Shown in pieces: positions 28,560 to 39,185 of a stretch of 42,642 nucleotides of DNA (position 1 is the first letter of the stretch; each line of letters begins with the position of its first letter). The DNA comes from an uncultured Vampirovibrio sp. (GTDB taxonomy: Bacteria; Cyanobacteriota; Vampirovibrionia; Gastranaerophilales; Gastranaerophilaceae). The position numbers were made by a program, and so were the translations under genes. The DNA lies in NCBI GenBank assembly GCA_964643455.1, contig CAZXQM010000001.1:1-42642 (forward strand), written 5' to 3'. The notes beneath the pieces are model-generated. The model was not told where the DNA came from. It did no database searches and saw nothing but the letters and a program-made list of their open reading frames with translations.

Positions 28560-29587
28560 TCTCTTTCTCGTGCTTTCTTTAAAAGAGCATCATCATTAGT
28601 GCGTTCAGCTAAAGGCATCGGGATAAACAAATCTTTGTATCTTCTTATTGCATACTGATCGGTCATTCCGGAGATATAATCAGTTACAATCTGTGGAATT
28701 TCTTCTTGAGAGTAATAAGACTGAAGCATATTTGTGTAATGTTCATATAATGCCTTAATGATATTTCTTGATTTTTTTTCTTCCGCTTTTGCAATAGGAT
28801 CAAGGTAAACGTTGTCAAACATCCAGGTTCTTAGTTTTGTTACATAAAACCAGCCTTCTTCCGACATTGTAACTTTTGGTTTATCCATAGAGCTTGTAAT
28901 AACATCGGTAATCATTTTTCCAAGTCTTGCTGATTGGTCGGATGTATAATATTTTGTACAATCGACCGGTAAGTCACTCTCTGATATAATTCCAGCTCTT
29001 ATTGAATCTTCTATGTCATGGTTAATATAAGCTATTTTATCTGCGTATTGGACAACCTGTGCTTCCGGAGTTTTGGGTTTATAACCCCAGGTGTGAGTTA
29101 AAATCCCATCAACAGTCTCTTTGCAAAGATTCATATCTTCAAGAACATCTACAACTCTTACACTCTGGAGATTATGGTGGAATCCGCCCGGCAAAAGCTC
29201 ATCAAGAATACTTTCTCCGCAATGACCAAAAGCGGTATGTCCCAAGTCATGTCCCAGTGCAATAGCTTCTACTAAATCTTCATTTAGTCTTAATGCTCTT
29301 GCCATAGTTCTTGCTATTTGAGATACTTCAAGTGTGTGAGTTAATCTTGTTCTGAAGTGGTCATTGTATGGTGATAAAAAAACTTGAGTTTTATGCTTTA
29401 ATCTTCTAAATGATTTAGAGTGAAGAATTTTGTCTCTATCTCTTTGAAATTCCGTTCTTATTGCAAATTGTTCTATTCTTTTGTGTTTTCTGCCTTTAGA
29501 ATTCTTGCATTTAGTCGCATAAGGACTTAGAATCTCAAGTTCACGTTCTTCTAATTGTTCTTTTATTGTTTTATATTCTGTATTCAT
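28556..29587 (-). CDS. dgt: dNTP triphosphohydrolase (HD domain)
   Basis: RTEFQRDRD, FRRLKHKTQV, RTRLTHTLEV, GHDLGH..FGH, ADKIAY..HDIED. Confidence 0.93.
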   Translation of the reverse strand: MNTEYKTIKEQLEERELEILSPYATKCKNSKGRKHKRIEQFAIRTEFQRDRDKILHSKSFRRLKHKTQVFLSPYNDHFRTRLTHTLEVSQIARTMARALRLNEDLVEAIALGHDLGHTAFGHCGESILDELLPGGFHHNLQSVRVVDVLEDMNLCKETVDGILTHTWGYKPKTPEAQVVQYADKIAYINHDIEDSIRAGIISESDLPVDCTKYYTSDQSARLGKMITDVITSSMDKPKVTMSEEGWFYVTKLRTWMFDNVYLDPIAKAEEKKSRNIIKALYEHYTNMLQSYYSQEEIPQIVTDYISGMTDQYAIRRYKDLFIPMPLAERTNDDALLKKARERE

Positions 29588-29683
29588 ATCAGGTATTATA
29601 ACTAAAATAGGGTTTTTTGGCTACAAGTGGCGTTGAAATTTTATGGTTGATATTGTATTATTATTTTAAAAGAGAGAGGTATA

Positions 29684-30403
29684 ATGGATATATTTTTTAA
29701 TGCAGATTATGTAACGAGTTTAGTTCTGGCTCTGGTATTAGGTTTTGCGCTCGGTCTTGAACGTGAACTGACAAATAAATATGCAGGTCTGCGTACTCAT
29801 ATTCTTGTATGTCTGGGGGCTTGTGTATTTACGTTGCTTTCTATATATGCGTTTCCTACTTATGCTACCGGAGATAATGTTGTGATATCAAATGCCACCG
29901 GTATCCGAGATACTTCTCGTGTTGCTGCTCAAATAGTAACTGGTATTGGTTTTATCGGTGCTGGAACAGTATTAAGAAACGGACCTATGGTTTTCGGGCT
30001 TACTACTGCAGCTACGTTATGGATTGCTGCAAGCATTGGTATGGCCTGCGGTTCTGGAATGTTTGATATTGCAATTTCTGCAACTGTTTTAAGTATTGCT
30101 GTCCTTACTTTGATTCGTATTTTTGAAAGACAACTTTTACCGGCAAGTGTTAAACAGGTGAAAAGATGTAAAGTTACTATTTATTTGGATATGAAAGATG
30201 TTGATGTTGTTTATGATTTTTTGAATAATAATGTAGAAAATGTTAGGGATTTTTCTTCAAAAAGGCTGCTTGAAAATCCGGAAAAAGCCAGAGTAACTTC
30301 AACTTTTGATTTTGGAAACAAAAGAGTGATGAACGAGTTTTATAAACGAATAAGCAATATTGTACCTCTGGATTCTATCTCTTTACAGGAAATAAATGAT
30401 TAA
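29684..30403 (+). CDS. MgtC/SapB family membrane protein
   Basis: GLERE..AGLRTH, RVAAQIVTGIGFIGAG, GLTTAATLW. Confidence 0.95.
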   Translation: MDIFFNADYVTSLVLALVLGFALGLERELTNKYAGLRTHILVCLGACVFTLLSIYAFPTYATGDNVVISNATGIRDTSRVAAQIVTGIGFIGAGTVLRNGPMVFGLTTAATLWIAASIGMACGSGMFDIAISATVLSIAVLTLIRIFERQLLPASVKQVKRCKVTIYLDMKDVDVVYDFLNNNVENVRDFSSKRLLENPEKARVTSTFDFGNKRVMNEFYKRISNIVPLDSISLQEIND

Positions 30404-31724
30404 AGAAAAAAATACAAGATCAAAAAAAGATAGAACAATCTTTCAAATTTCAGCTGAATATGCAAGAACGATAGGTATATCTTTTTTAGCCGCCTGTATT
30501 TTTACTGTACTATTGTCTCTTCATGCAAGAAGTGAAATGATTAAAAATTTATATGCAAATGTTCACAGACAACAAAAAATAGACGTGCAGCTTGCAAAAC
30601 AGTTAGTTTTTCGAGAAGGTTTTTTGAAAGATTTAAAACATAAGCAGTATTCTGTTTGTTTACAGGTTGGAATGTTATATGAGGCTGCTCAAGACTATGA
30701 TAATGCTCGACTTGCTTATGAACTTGCTTTGAAGAAAGTTAAACCGGGAGTGTATACACCATACTACAGGCTTGCAAAAATTTTGATTGCTCAAGGAAAA
30801 TTTGATGACGCTCAAAAAGTTATCAATGCTGTAAAGGAAAGTAATAATAAGAAACTAATAAGGTTTAAATTACGTTCTTATATGAAGTTGGGCGATAAGT
30901 ATTATTCGATAGATAAACCTTTAAGTGCAGCCAAGAGTTATGAAAAAGCAAAATATTATTCCGACAAGTTGAAGAAAAAAGATAGAATTACGTATGATTC
31001 AATAGTTAATTGTGTTGTAAAATCATATGTTGAAACTGCGGATATAATGGTGAAAAATGGATTTAATGATGATGCTGTTAGATTTCTACATAAAGCTGAA
31101 TTTTACCGACCTGATGATTTCAATATAAGATACAAACTTGCTATTATATATTCGGAGCTAGAACCTGAAAAATCAGTAGAATATTTTGAAAAATTAATAA
31201 AGGAAAAGCCTCAGTATGTTGATTATGAGGTTTATTCAAAAGCTCTTATGGAAGCTGCAAATATAGCTGAGCAGAAGGGAGATTTAACTCAGGCTAAATA
31301 TTACAAGTATAAAATTCATTCGTTTGATATTTTTATAAATAATAAAGTTATTTGCAAAAATGATATAAAATTATACCAAGATAATTTTATTATACAAAAG
31401 TTTTGGTTTGTATGTCGTATAAAAGGTAAGTATAGAATAAAAAATATTTCTCATAAAGATATTATTAATCTTTCTGCAGATTTTGTTTTGAGGAATAACA
31501 AAACGGGTGAGCCGGTAGAGATTGTAACTAAAAAATGTGTTAATAAAGCTTCTCCTTTACATTCTAATAGTATGACAGATGAAATATCTGTTGTTTTTAA
31601 TAAAAAAATATTTTCACAAAATGAGTTAGAACAATACATTATAGATATATACTTATACAAGGATAATAAGTATAAAACGCTTGTAAGTTCTATTCCTGTA
31701 CCTTTAGAATCCATAAAAAACTAA
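30396..31724 (+). CDS. Membrane-anchored TPR protein
   Basis: N-terminal TM; TPR-like helices (ARLAYELAL, YYRLAKILIAQGKFDDA, YKLAIIY). Confidence 0.8.
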   Translation: MIKEKNTRSKKDRTIFQISAEYARTIGISFLAACIFTVLLSLHARSEMIKNLYANVHRQQKIDVQLAKQLVFREGFLKDLKHKQYSVCLQVGMLYEAAQDYDNARLAYELALKKVKPGVYTPYYRLAKILIAQGKFDDAQKVINAVKESNNKKLIRFKLRSYMKLGDKYYSIDKPLSAAKSYEKAKYYSDKLKKKDRITYDSIVNCVVKSYVETADIMVKNGFNDDAVRFLHKAEFYRPDDFNIRYKLAIIYSELEPEKSVEYFEKLIKEKPQYVDYEVYSKALMEAANIAEQKGDLTQAKYYKYKIHSFDIFINNKVICKNDIKLYQDNFIIQKFWFVCRIKGKYRIKNISHKDIINLSADFVLRNNKTGEPVEIVTKKCVNKASPLHSNSMTDEISVVFNKKIFSQNELEQYIIDIYLYKDNKYKTLVSSIPVPLESIKN

Positions 31725-32500
31725 TGTAATAAAGGTGCAGATTCAAGAAGTGTTTTTGTGTATTCTTGTTTAGGAAATCTAAAAATATTTTCAGTACTGT
31801 TTTCTTCTATAAGGTTACCAAAATACATAATACCTACTCTGTCAGCAAGGTATCTTATAACGTTCAAGTCATGTGAGATAAAAATTATAGTAAGATTTTT
31901 ATCGGATTTTAGTTTCTTAAGTAGATTAATTATTTGCGCTTGTATACTTGCATCCAATGCACTTACAGGCTCATCGGCAATTATAAGTTCAGGATTTAAA
32001 ATAAGAGCTCTTGCAATAGCAATACGCTGCCTTTGCCCTCCTGAAAATTCATGCGGGTATAATTGGGTACAATTTTCTTGCAAACCAACATCTTCTAAAA
32101 CTTTTTTTATAGCAGATAGTTTTTCTTTGTGTGAGTAGTGAGTATTGATATCTAGAGGTTCTTTCAAGATTTCTCCAATTTTCATCTTTGGATTAAGACT
32201 CGAGTACGGGTTCTGAAATATCATTTGAACTTCTTTTGGGTAATTCTTTCTCTCATTTCTAGTTTGTTTATGGATGTTTTTTCCCAGAAAAAGAATTTCT
32301 CCGGATTTTGGAGTAACAAGTTTTGTTATTGCTCTGGCAAGAGTTGATTTCCCGCATCCTGACTCACCTGCTAATGCATAAGTTTCGCCTTTATGGATTG
32401 TAAGTGAAACATTATCTACCGCAACAACTGAAGTTCCTCTCTTTTGGTCTAAACTGTTATATTCAACAGTCAAATTTTTAATTTCTAATAAATTGCCCAT
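31721..32500 (-). CDS. Oligopeptide/nickel-type ABC transporter ATPase (OppF/DppF-like)
   Basis: GESGCGKST, FSGGQRQR, ADEPVSALD, ISHDL. Confidence 0.95.
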   Translation of the reverse strand: MGNLLEIKNLTVEYNSLDQKRGTSVVAVDNVSLTIHKGETYALAGESGCGKSTLARAITKLVTPKSGEILFLGKNIHKQTRNERKNYPKEVQMIFQNPYSSLNPKMKIGEILKEPLDINTHYSHKEKLSAIKKVLEDVGLQENCTQLYPHEFSGGQRQRIAIARALILNPELIIADEPVSALDASIQAQIINLLKKLKSDKNLTIIFISHDLNVIRYLADRVGIMYFGNLIEENSTENIFRFPKQEYTKTLLESAPLLH

Positions 32501-32561
32501 AAATATATATTATCACAATTTTTTTTATGATAGTATTGTCTGAGAGTATAAGGAGCTTGAA

Positions 32562-33587
32562 ATGATTGATATATTTGTAAAAAAATATGTTACTGTTAAA
32601 AATATTATATTTTTCATAATTGCAATTTTGTTTTTAATATTTATTACAAAGGTAAAAGATACAGCTATCTTGTTTTTTGCTTCTTATGTAGTAGCATGCT
32701 CTCTTAATCCTATTGTTGACAAAATGACAAAAAAAATGAGCAGATCTCTTGCCGCTACTATAGTTTTGTGCGGAGTACTTCTTGCATCTACTCTTCTTAT
32801 ACTGCCTCTTTTAATTGTTGCTGGACAGCAGATTAAATCTTTTTTAATAATGCTGCCGGAACATATTGTTACTGTGAAATCTTATCTTTTGCAAACTCCT
32901 CTTCTTAATAAGTCTACTATAGCGCAGCTTGATATTGGCGGCGTGTTAACAACTGCATCGGGGTTTACAACAAAGTTTGTTAATAATTCTATAAACTATA
33001 GTATGAGCTTGGCTTCCAGTATAGTTTATTTTCTTGCGGCTTGTATTATTGTTTATTATTTTCTTGTAGATAGAGATGCAGTTAAGAAAGCATATTGCAG
33101 CTTGTTTCCAGCACAGATGAAAGGAAGGGCAGAGGAAATACTTGAAACCATATCACAAAAAATCGGCGGATATGTTTTGGCACTTATTGTTACGATTTTT
33201 TCAGTAGGTTTAATCATGACTTTGGGTTTAATGGTATTGGGTGTAGATTATGCACTCTTACTTGGAGTTTTGAATGCGATTCTGGATGTTATTCCTGTTA
33301 TCGGTCCCGGACTTGCTCTTGTCATAACCTTACTTGTTGCATATAAAATGGGACCACTTACAATAGTATTAATAATACTATTGTTTACATTTGCACAGTG
33401 GGCAGAAAATAATCTGGTACGCCCGTATATTTTCGGAAAGTTTCTGAATTTGCATCCTCTTATAATCTATTTCTTCTTGTTTATAACAGCACAGTATCTG
33501 GGAGTTGTGGGAGTGATTTTTGCACCTGCAATTGCTGCAACAGTATGTGTATTGATAGAAGAACTTTATATAAAAAATGTAAATTAG
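32562..33587 (+). CDS. AI-2E family transporter
   Basis: Polytopic; IPVIGP, QWAENNLVRP, LNLHP. Confidence 0.92.
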   Translation: MIDIFVKKYVTVKNIIFFIIAILFLIFITKVKDTAILFFASYVVACSLNPIVDKMTKKMSRSLAATIVLCGVLLASTLLILPLLIVAGQQIKSFLIMLPEHIVTVKSYLLQTPLLNKSTIAQLDIGGVLTTASGFTTKFVNNSINYSMSLASSIVYFLAACIIVYYFLVDRDAVKKAYCSLFPAQMKGRAEEILETISQKIGGYVLALIVTIFSVGLIMTLGLMVLGVDYALLLGVLNAILDVIPVIGPGLALVITLLVAYKMGPLTIVLIILLFTFAQWAENNLVRPYIFGKFLNLHPLIIYFFLFITAQYLGVVGVIFAPAIAATVCVLIEELYIKNVN

Positions 33588-35075
33588 ATGGAAAAGTATT
33601 TATATAAACCGGCACCTTCCGGTAATTATCAATTCATAATGGCTTATCCGGCAAAAGAAGAATTTGCCTTAGCTTCTCTTGGTTACTTATGGCTATTTAA
33701 ATTAGCTGATACAATGAACGGAGTAAATGCTGTCAGGTGTTCTACAGATAAAATAGTTTCTCCTAAAAATATCGGGAGTATAGCATTTTCCTTATCATTT
33801 GATTTTGATTTTATTGGTGTATTTGAAATTTTGGAAAAATTAAATATTCCTCTTTATTCAAAAGACAGGGATAAAGACAAGCCTCTTGTTTTTGCCGGCG
33901 GTCCGGTTATTACTACAAATCCTAGACCTTATGAAGCTTTCTTTGATTTTATGTTAATTGGTGATGGTGAAGGGAACTTCTGCAAAATTCTTGAGATATT
34001 AAAAAATCATAATAAACAAGAGGCACTGGATATTCTGAGGAGTGTAGATGGTGTCTACATTCCGGAATCCAGTGTCGTAAAATCCACCGTTCCGCTCGAA
34101 AATGTTATTTACACACCTATTCTCAGTGATTCAGGTTACTTTAAAGATACTTTTATAATTGAAGTCGCCAGAGGCTGTATGAACAGGTGTGCTTTTTGTA
34201 CTGCATCATACATAAATCTTCCGTTCAGAGCTTATGATTATCAAAAAATCATAGATACGATTGAATTTGGATTAAAATATACAAATAAGATAGCCCTGTT
34301 AGGGGCACAAATAAGTGCACACCCGCAATTTGACAGAATTATGCAGTATATTGAAAATAAGATAGATAGTGGTATGGAGATAACGCTTGGTATATCTTCT
34401 CTGAGAACCGATTCTGTAACCCCCAAAATGATTCAAACACTTATAAAAGGTGGTCAAAAGCATTCTACGATTGCTATAGAGGCTGCAAGTGAGAGATTAA
34501 GAAGGTTTATAAATAAAAATTTAACGGAAGAACAAATTCTTGATGCCGTAAGAATTGCAAGGGAAAACGGGTTAAAAGGCTTAAAGATTTATTCAATGAT
34601 TGGTATTCCTAATGAAACTATGGCTGATATTGATGAGTTTTTGAGGTTAGGTAAGAAGATTAAGGAGCAAAATAAAGGTTTTAATATAGAATTTTCTTTT
34701 TCCACATTTGTACCGAAGCCTCATACACCTTTTCAGTGGGTAAAAAGAGAGGATTCAAAATCTCTGGAGAAGAAACAAAAGTATTTAGGGAAAGGTTTTT
34801 CAAAATTAGGTATATCTTCAAAGTTTTCAAGTATCAAATGGGACTACTGGCAAACGGTGTTGTCGCGTGGAGGCAAAGAATTGGCTCCTTTTTTGGTAGA
34901 AGTTTATAAAAGAGGGGGAAAAATAGGGGCGTACAAATCAGCACTTAAAGATTTAAATATAACAATTAAAGAAGAATTTGATATTAATGAATCTTTGCCT
35001 TGGGATGTAATAGAAATTGCTCCTCGCAAAGAGCTATTAATAAATGAGTATAAAAGACTTTGCAAGAGGTGTTGA
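33588..35075 (+). CDS. Radical SAM protein (B12-binding-like N-terminus)
   Basis: GGP..NP, IGDGE, EVARGCMNRCAFC, FVPKPHTPFQW. Confidence 0.9.
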   Translation: MEKYLYKPAPSGNYQFIMAYPAKEEFALASLGYLWLFKLADTMNGVNAVRCSTDKIVSPKNIGSIAFSLSFDFDFIGVFEILEKLNIPLYSKDRDKDKPLVFAGGPVITTNPRPYEAFFDFMLIGDGEGNFCKILEILKNHNKQEALDILRSVDGVYIPESSVVKSTVPLENVIYTPILSDSGYFKDTFIIEVARGCMNRCAFCTASYINLPFRAYDYQKIIDTIEFGLKYTNKIALLGAQISAHPQFDRIMQYIENKIDSGMEITLGISSLRTDSVTPKMIQTLIKGGQKHSTIAIEAASERLRRFINKNLTEEQILDAVRIARENGLKGLKIYSMIGIPNETMADIDEFLRLGKKIKEQNKGFNIEFSFSTFVPKPHTPFQWVKREDSKSLEKKQKYLGKGFSKLGISSKFSSIKWDYWQTVLSRGGKELAPFLVEVYKRGGKIGAYKSALKDLNITIKEEFDINESLPWDVIEIAPRKELLINEYKRLCKRC

Positions 35076-35079
35076 TACT

Positions 35080-35111
35080 AAAAAGACCGGAAAATTATTC
35101 CGGTCTTTTTT
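35080..35111. terminator. Bidirectional intrinsic terminator
   Basis: AAAAAGACCGGAA-AATTA-TTCCGGTCTTTTT between convergent genes. Confidence 0.9.
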
Positions 35112-35134
35112 ATATTGAACTTCATTTATTTTAT

Positions 35135-35593
35135 TTATCCCTGAAATTGTTCAGCAATTTCAAAAGGCTGTTCTGCAAGTTTTAAAGTTTCTCTGTCGAT
35201 GATTCCTCTTTTCAGCTCTGTAAATGAAGCTTTTTTAGAGTTAAATTTCTTTTTCAAAAACTCATACGCTACTTTAGGGTCGCATTTAGTTCCGCATGTA
35301 AATAAATCTACTGCAGCATACCCTAATTCCGGCCAAGTATGAATTGCAAGATGGCTTTCCGAGATAATTACAACACCGCTAACGCCATACGGATTAAACA
35401 TATGAAAGCACTTTTGAACGATTGTTGCACCGCACTCAAGAGCTGCGTCTATCATGTACTTTTCTACTTTGTCATTACTGTTAAGAATGTTTGGATCACA
35501 TTCAAAAAATTCTGCAAGGACATGCTGTCCTAAGTTTACTCTGTCCAAGTTCTGCTTTTCAAGCTCGTCGAGTGAAGATGATACAATTGTCAA
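35135..35593 (-). CDS. speD: S-adenosylmethionine decarboxylase proenzyme
   Basis: LGQHVLAEF, GVSGVVIISESHLAIHTWPE (E-SH cleavage), DLFTCG; TTG at 35593 has AAAGGAGG 8 nt upstream (ORF track starts 35647). Confidence 0.93.
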   Translation of the reverse strand: MTIVSSSLDELEKQNLDRVNLGQHVLAEFFECDPNILNSNDKVEKYMIDAALECGATIVQKCFHMFNPYGVSGVVIISESHLAIHTWPELGYAAVDLFTCGTKCDPKVAYEFLKKKFNSKKASFTELKRGIIDRETLKLAEQPFEIAEQFQG

Positions 35594-35918
35594 TTCATGT
35601 GCCTCCTTTACTACCAGTGTATTCTCACACCAATCAATTTTTACCAACTACTATATATTACTATAAAAAATAAAAAATTTGTATATTTTACACTTTTTCC
35701 CAAGAATGTAAAGAAATTGTTACAAAATGCTTGGTGAATAAGTATAAATTTTTTAGCTGTAAGGCTTGTAATATCTATTCTAGCCCTTATCTTATTTGCG
35801 CAAAAAATAAGATGTAAGTAAAAAAGAATAATCTTTTTATAAAAGACAAAATTTCTTACAAATGTAATATTTTTTATATATTGCTTTGATTTTTTGTTCT
35901 CATTATAATCGACTTAGA

Positions 35919-38285
35919 ATGAGTATTGTCCAAAAATCACAAAAAGCATTAGAATACGACACAATATTAGCCGAATTAGCAAAGTTTGCAAAGACAGAAC
36001 AATCTAAAAAGCTTTGCTTGGAGCTGACACCTTATGTCACGCCTGAAGATATTCAGACACAAATTATTCTGACACGTGAAGCTAAAGATGTTTTGGATTT
36101 GGCGAGAGATATTCCAATTGAGAAAATTCCCGATTTTGCAAAACTCAGAGAGAGAAGTGAATATTTTGTAGAAGAAGAACTGATTGATATAGCAAAAGCT
36201 ATGCGGACTTCAAGGATTGTACGAAATTTCCTAAAGGAGAATTTACCGTTTGATGCCTCTATGCAAGTATTTGCAGACAAATTGTTTTCAGATAAGCAGT
36301 TTGAAGATCGAATTTTTAATACTTTTGATGAAAATTGTACGGTAAAACAAAATGCAAATCCTGAATTGAAAGGATTGTACTCTTCTTTAAAAGATACAGA
36401 ATCAAATTTGAAACAAAAGGTTCATGAATTAATGAGCTCGCCGGAGTTCCAGAAACATTTACAAGAAAATATTTATACAATGCGTGATGATCGTATTGTT
36501 TTTCAGGTTAAAGCTTCCTCCAAGAGTAAAGTTGGCGGAATTGTTCATGATGTTTCTGCTACAAATAAAACTTTTTATATTGAACCTGCACAGATAGTAC
36601 CTATAAATAATAAGATAAGAGAATTAAAATCAAAGATTTATTCGGAAATTATTCGTATATTAACAACTTTAAGTTTTGATATCAAAAAAGAGATAGATAA
36701 TTTAATCAGGATGGAAAAAACTCTCTCTTGGATTGATTTTCATTTCGCAAAAGCAAGATATGCAGTAAAAATTCAGGCTGTAGAGCCTGAAATAAGCAGT
36801 GAAAAGGGAATTAAAATCGATTTAATGCGCCATCCACTTCTAATCGGAAGGATTGAAAACATAGTAGAAAACGATTTTGAAATAGGTTCCGGATATAAAT
36901 CCGTTATAATTACTGGTTCTAATACCGGCGGTAAAACAGTTGCGTTAAAAACAGTCGGATTGTTTATTTTGATGATGAAATCGGGAATGTTTCTTCCGTG
37001 TGCGGAAGCGCATATTTATCCGTTTGAAAAGGTCCTTGCCGATATCGGTGATGAACAAAGCATCTTGCAGAATTTATCTACATTTTCTTCTCATATGACA
37101 AATGTCATTGATATTATGGAGAAGGCGGACAGTGAAACGTTTGTTCTTATAGACGAGCTTTGTGCAGGTACTGATCCGCAGGAGGGCGCAGTTCTTGCTG
37201 AAATTATCTTAAAGGATTTGGCTTCGAAACAGGTGCAATCCATTATTACAACACATTATGGTGAATTAAAAACGTTAGAATATACGGATCCGTATTTTAA
37301 GAATGCGAGTGTTGAATTTGATGTAGAATCATTATCGCCGACTTATAAATTAATCATTGGTATTCCAGGGTTAAGCAATGCAATTGCAATTGCTTCAAAT
37401 CTTGGCATGTCAGAGGATTTAATATGGAAGGCTAAGGAGCTTTTGATTACCCAGCGGGATACATCAAGCCTTGTTGTGGAAAGATTGCAGGATACACAGC
37501 AGCGTTTGGATGTAAATTTAAAAGAGGCAGCGACACGGAATGCAGAAGCTGATGCACTAAAGAGATATTACGAAAAAGAACTTATTGTACAGAGGAAAGA
37601 AAAGAAAAAAACATTAAAAGTTATTAAAGATAAGTTTGAAGAACAATTAGAGGAAGCAAAGTCTGAAATTAAAGAGATTTTGACGGAATTAAGGCAGGAA
37701 AAAACAGAAAAGATTGCAAGACGTTCTTATGCCAGACTGGCACTATTAGAACAGAATTTTCGCTCTGACATGCATTCTATGGAAGAGAAAGAACAATATA
37801 CAGAGCTTGATTGGAACAATGTTCAGGTTAATGACAAAGTTATGATTAAAGAATTAAATCAGCAAGTTATGGTTTTATCTTTACCGGATAAAAATGATAC
37901 TCTATACATTCAGCTAGGTATGATTAAAACAAAAGTCAAAAAAGATAAACTTGCGGTTTATAATCCTCAGCTTGCCCAAAAGGTTAATCTACCGCTTGGT
38001 GCAATAAAAAAGGAAAAATCATTTACTCTTAAAAAACATGATATTTCAAATACTTTAGATCTAAGAGGGGAAAGAGTTGAGGAGGCTTTAGACGAATTGG
38101 AAGCGTATTTGGATAAAGCGAGTTTGGCTAATCTTTCTCCTGTTTATATAATACACGGACACGGAACCGGAGCTTTAAAATCAGCAGTGCGGGAGTTTAT
38201 CTCTGTATCACCTTATGTAGCAAAGTTCAGAGTCGGCGAAGATGCTGAAGGTGGAGACGGGGTCAGTGTCATTGATATTAAATGA
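35919..38285 (+). CDS. mutS2: MutS2 with Smr domain
   Basis: ITGSNTGGKT, IGDEQS..LSTFSSHM, DELCAGTDP, TTHY, IIHGHGTGAL. Confidence 0.96.
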   Translation: MSIVQKSQKALEYDTILAELAKFAKTEQSKKLCLELTPYVTPEDIQTQIILTREAKDVLDLARDIPIEKIPDFAKLRERSEYFVEEELIDIAKAMRTSRIVRNFLKENLPFDASMQVFADKLFSDKQFEDRIFNTFDENCTVKQNANPELKGLYSSLKDTESNLKQKVHELMSSPEFQKHLQENIYTMRDDRIVFQVKASSKSKVGGIVHDVSATNKTFYIEPAQIVPINNKIRELKSKIYSEIIRILTTLSFDIKKEIDNLIRMEKTLSWIDFHFAKARYAVKIQAVEPEISSEKGIKIDLMRHPLLIGRIENIVENDFEIGSGYKSVIITGSNTGGKTVALKTVGLFILMMKSGMFLPCAEAHIYPFEKVLADIGDEQSILQNLSTFSSHMTNVIDIMEKADSETFVLIDELCAGTDPQEGAVLAEIILKDLASKQVQSIITTHYGELKTLEYTDPYFKNASVEFDVESLSPTYKLIIGIPGLSNAIAIASNLGMSEDLIWKAKELLITQRDTSSLVVERLQDTQQRLDVNLKEAATRNAEADALKRYYEKELIVQRKEKKKTLKVIKDKFEEQLEEAKSEIKEILTELRQEKTEKIARRSYARLALLEQNFRSDMHSMEEKEQYTELDWNNVQVNDKVMIKELNQQVMVLSLPDKNDTLYIQLGMIKTKVKKDKLAVYNPQLAQKVNLPLGAIKKEKSFTLKKHDISNTLDLRGERVEEALDELEAYLDKASLANLSPVYIIHGHGTGALKSAVREFISVSPYVAKFRVGEDAEGGDGVSVIDIK

Positions 38286-38345
38286 GTATCTTTTTTCTAA
38301 AATCTTTTGTATAATATTCATACGAGATTTTTGGAGAGGAAAGAG

Positions 38346-39185
38346 ATGTATAAATTAGGAATAATAGGATATCCTTTAGGGCATTCTATATCTGCAGTAA
38401 TTCAAAAAGCCGGATTGGAAAGTATAGGGCTTGGCGGTGTGTATGATGTTATGGAAACTCTACCGGAGGATTTGATTGATAGAATCAAGTATATCAAGGC
38501 AAATGGATATAATGGATTTAATGTAACAATTCCGCTAAAGGTTCCAATGTCTTTGTTTTTGGAAGATATAGATGATTATGCAAATATTGCGGGATGCGTA
38601 AATACTGTAAAAGTAAATGAGGATAAATCTTTCTATGGATATAATACAGATATTTACGGATTTAAGAAGGCAATTCCGGAAGATGTGGATTTGAATGGTA
38701 AAAATGCAAGTATTCTCGGAACGGGAGGTGCCTCTAGAGCTGCTGTAGTAGGACTTGCAGAAAAGGGAATTAGTGAGATTGATTTTTATACGAGAAATAT
38801 CATTAACGCAAGACAAACTGTAGAATATGTACGAAATAAGTTTCCGAAAATAACATTCAATGTTTATCAAATACAAAATATTCGTTCCCTTGCTGGAACA
38901 TCAATAATAGTTAACGCGACTCCTATTGGCATGAAAGGGTATATGGCAGATCAGATGCCTCTAGAGAGAGCTGATTTGGATAAATTAACTCCGGAAACTC
39001 TGATTTATGATATAGTTTATAATCCTGTAAAAACAATATTAATACAGGAAGCTCAAAAACGTGGTTTAAGAACAATAGGCGGGCTTGATATGCTGATTCA
39101 TCAGGCTGAAAGGGCTTTAGAAATATGGACCGGTAGAACTCCGGATGTAAAACTGATGAAAATTGCTGCATTGGAAGCCTTATAA
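38346..39185 (+). CDS. aroE: Shikimate dehydrogenase
   Basis: GYPLGHSIS, NVTIPLK, NTD, GTGGASRA, NATPIGM, DIVYNP. Confidence 0.96.
   Translation: MYKLGIIGYPLGHSISAVIQKAGLESIGLGGVYDVMETLPEDLIDRIKYIKANGYNGFNVTIPLKVPMSLFLEDIDDYANIAGCVNTVKVNEDKSFYGYNTDIYGFKKAIPEDVDLNGKNASILGTGGASRAAVVGLAEKGISEIDFYTRNIINARQTVEYVRNKFPKITFNVYQIQNIRSLAGTSIIVNATPIGMKGYMADQMPLERADLDKLTPETLIYDIVYNPVKTILIQEAQKRGLRTIGGLDMLIHQAERALEIWTGRTPDVKLMKIAALEAL

Noticed and set aside
31721..32500. ABC ATPase as the missing energiser of NikMN
   Set aside because: It is OppF/DppF-type rather than CbiO/EcfA-type and lies 14 kb away among housekeeping genes
35789..35813. ATCTTATTT/AAATAAGAT hairpin as riboswitch or ncRNA
   Set aside because: Short AT-only stem with no recognisable SAM or other riboswitch consensus
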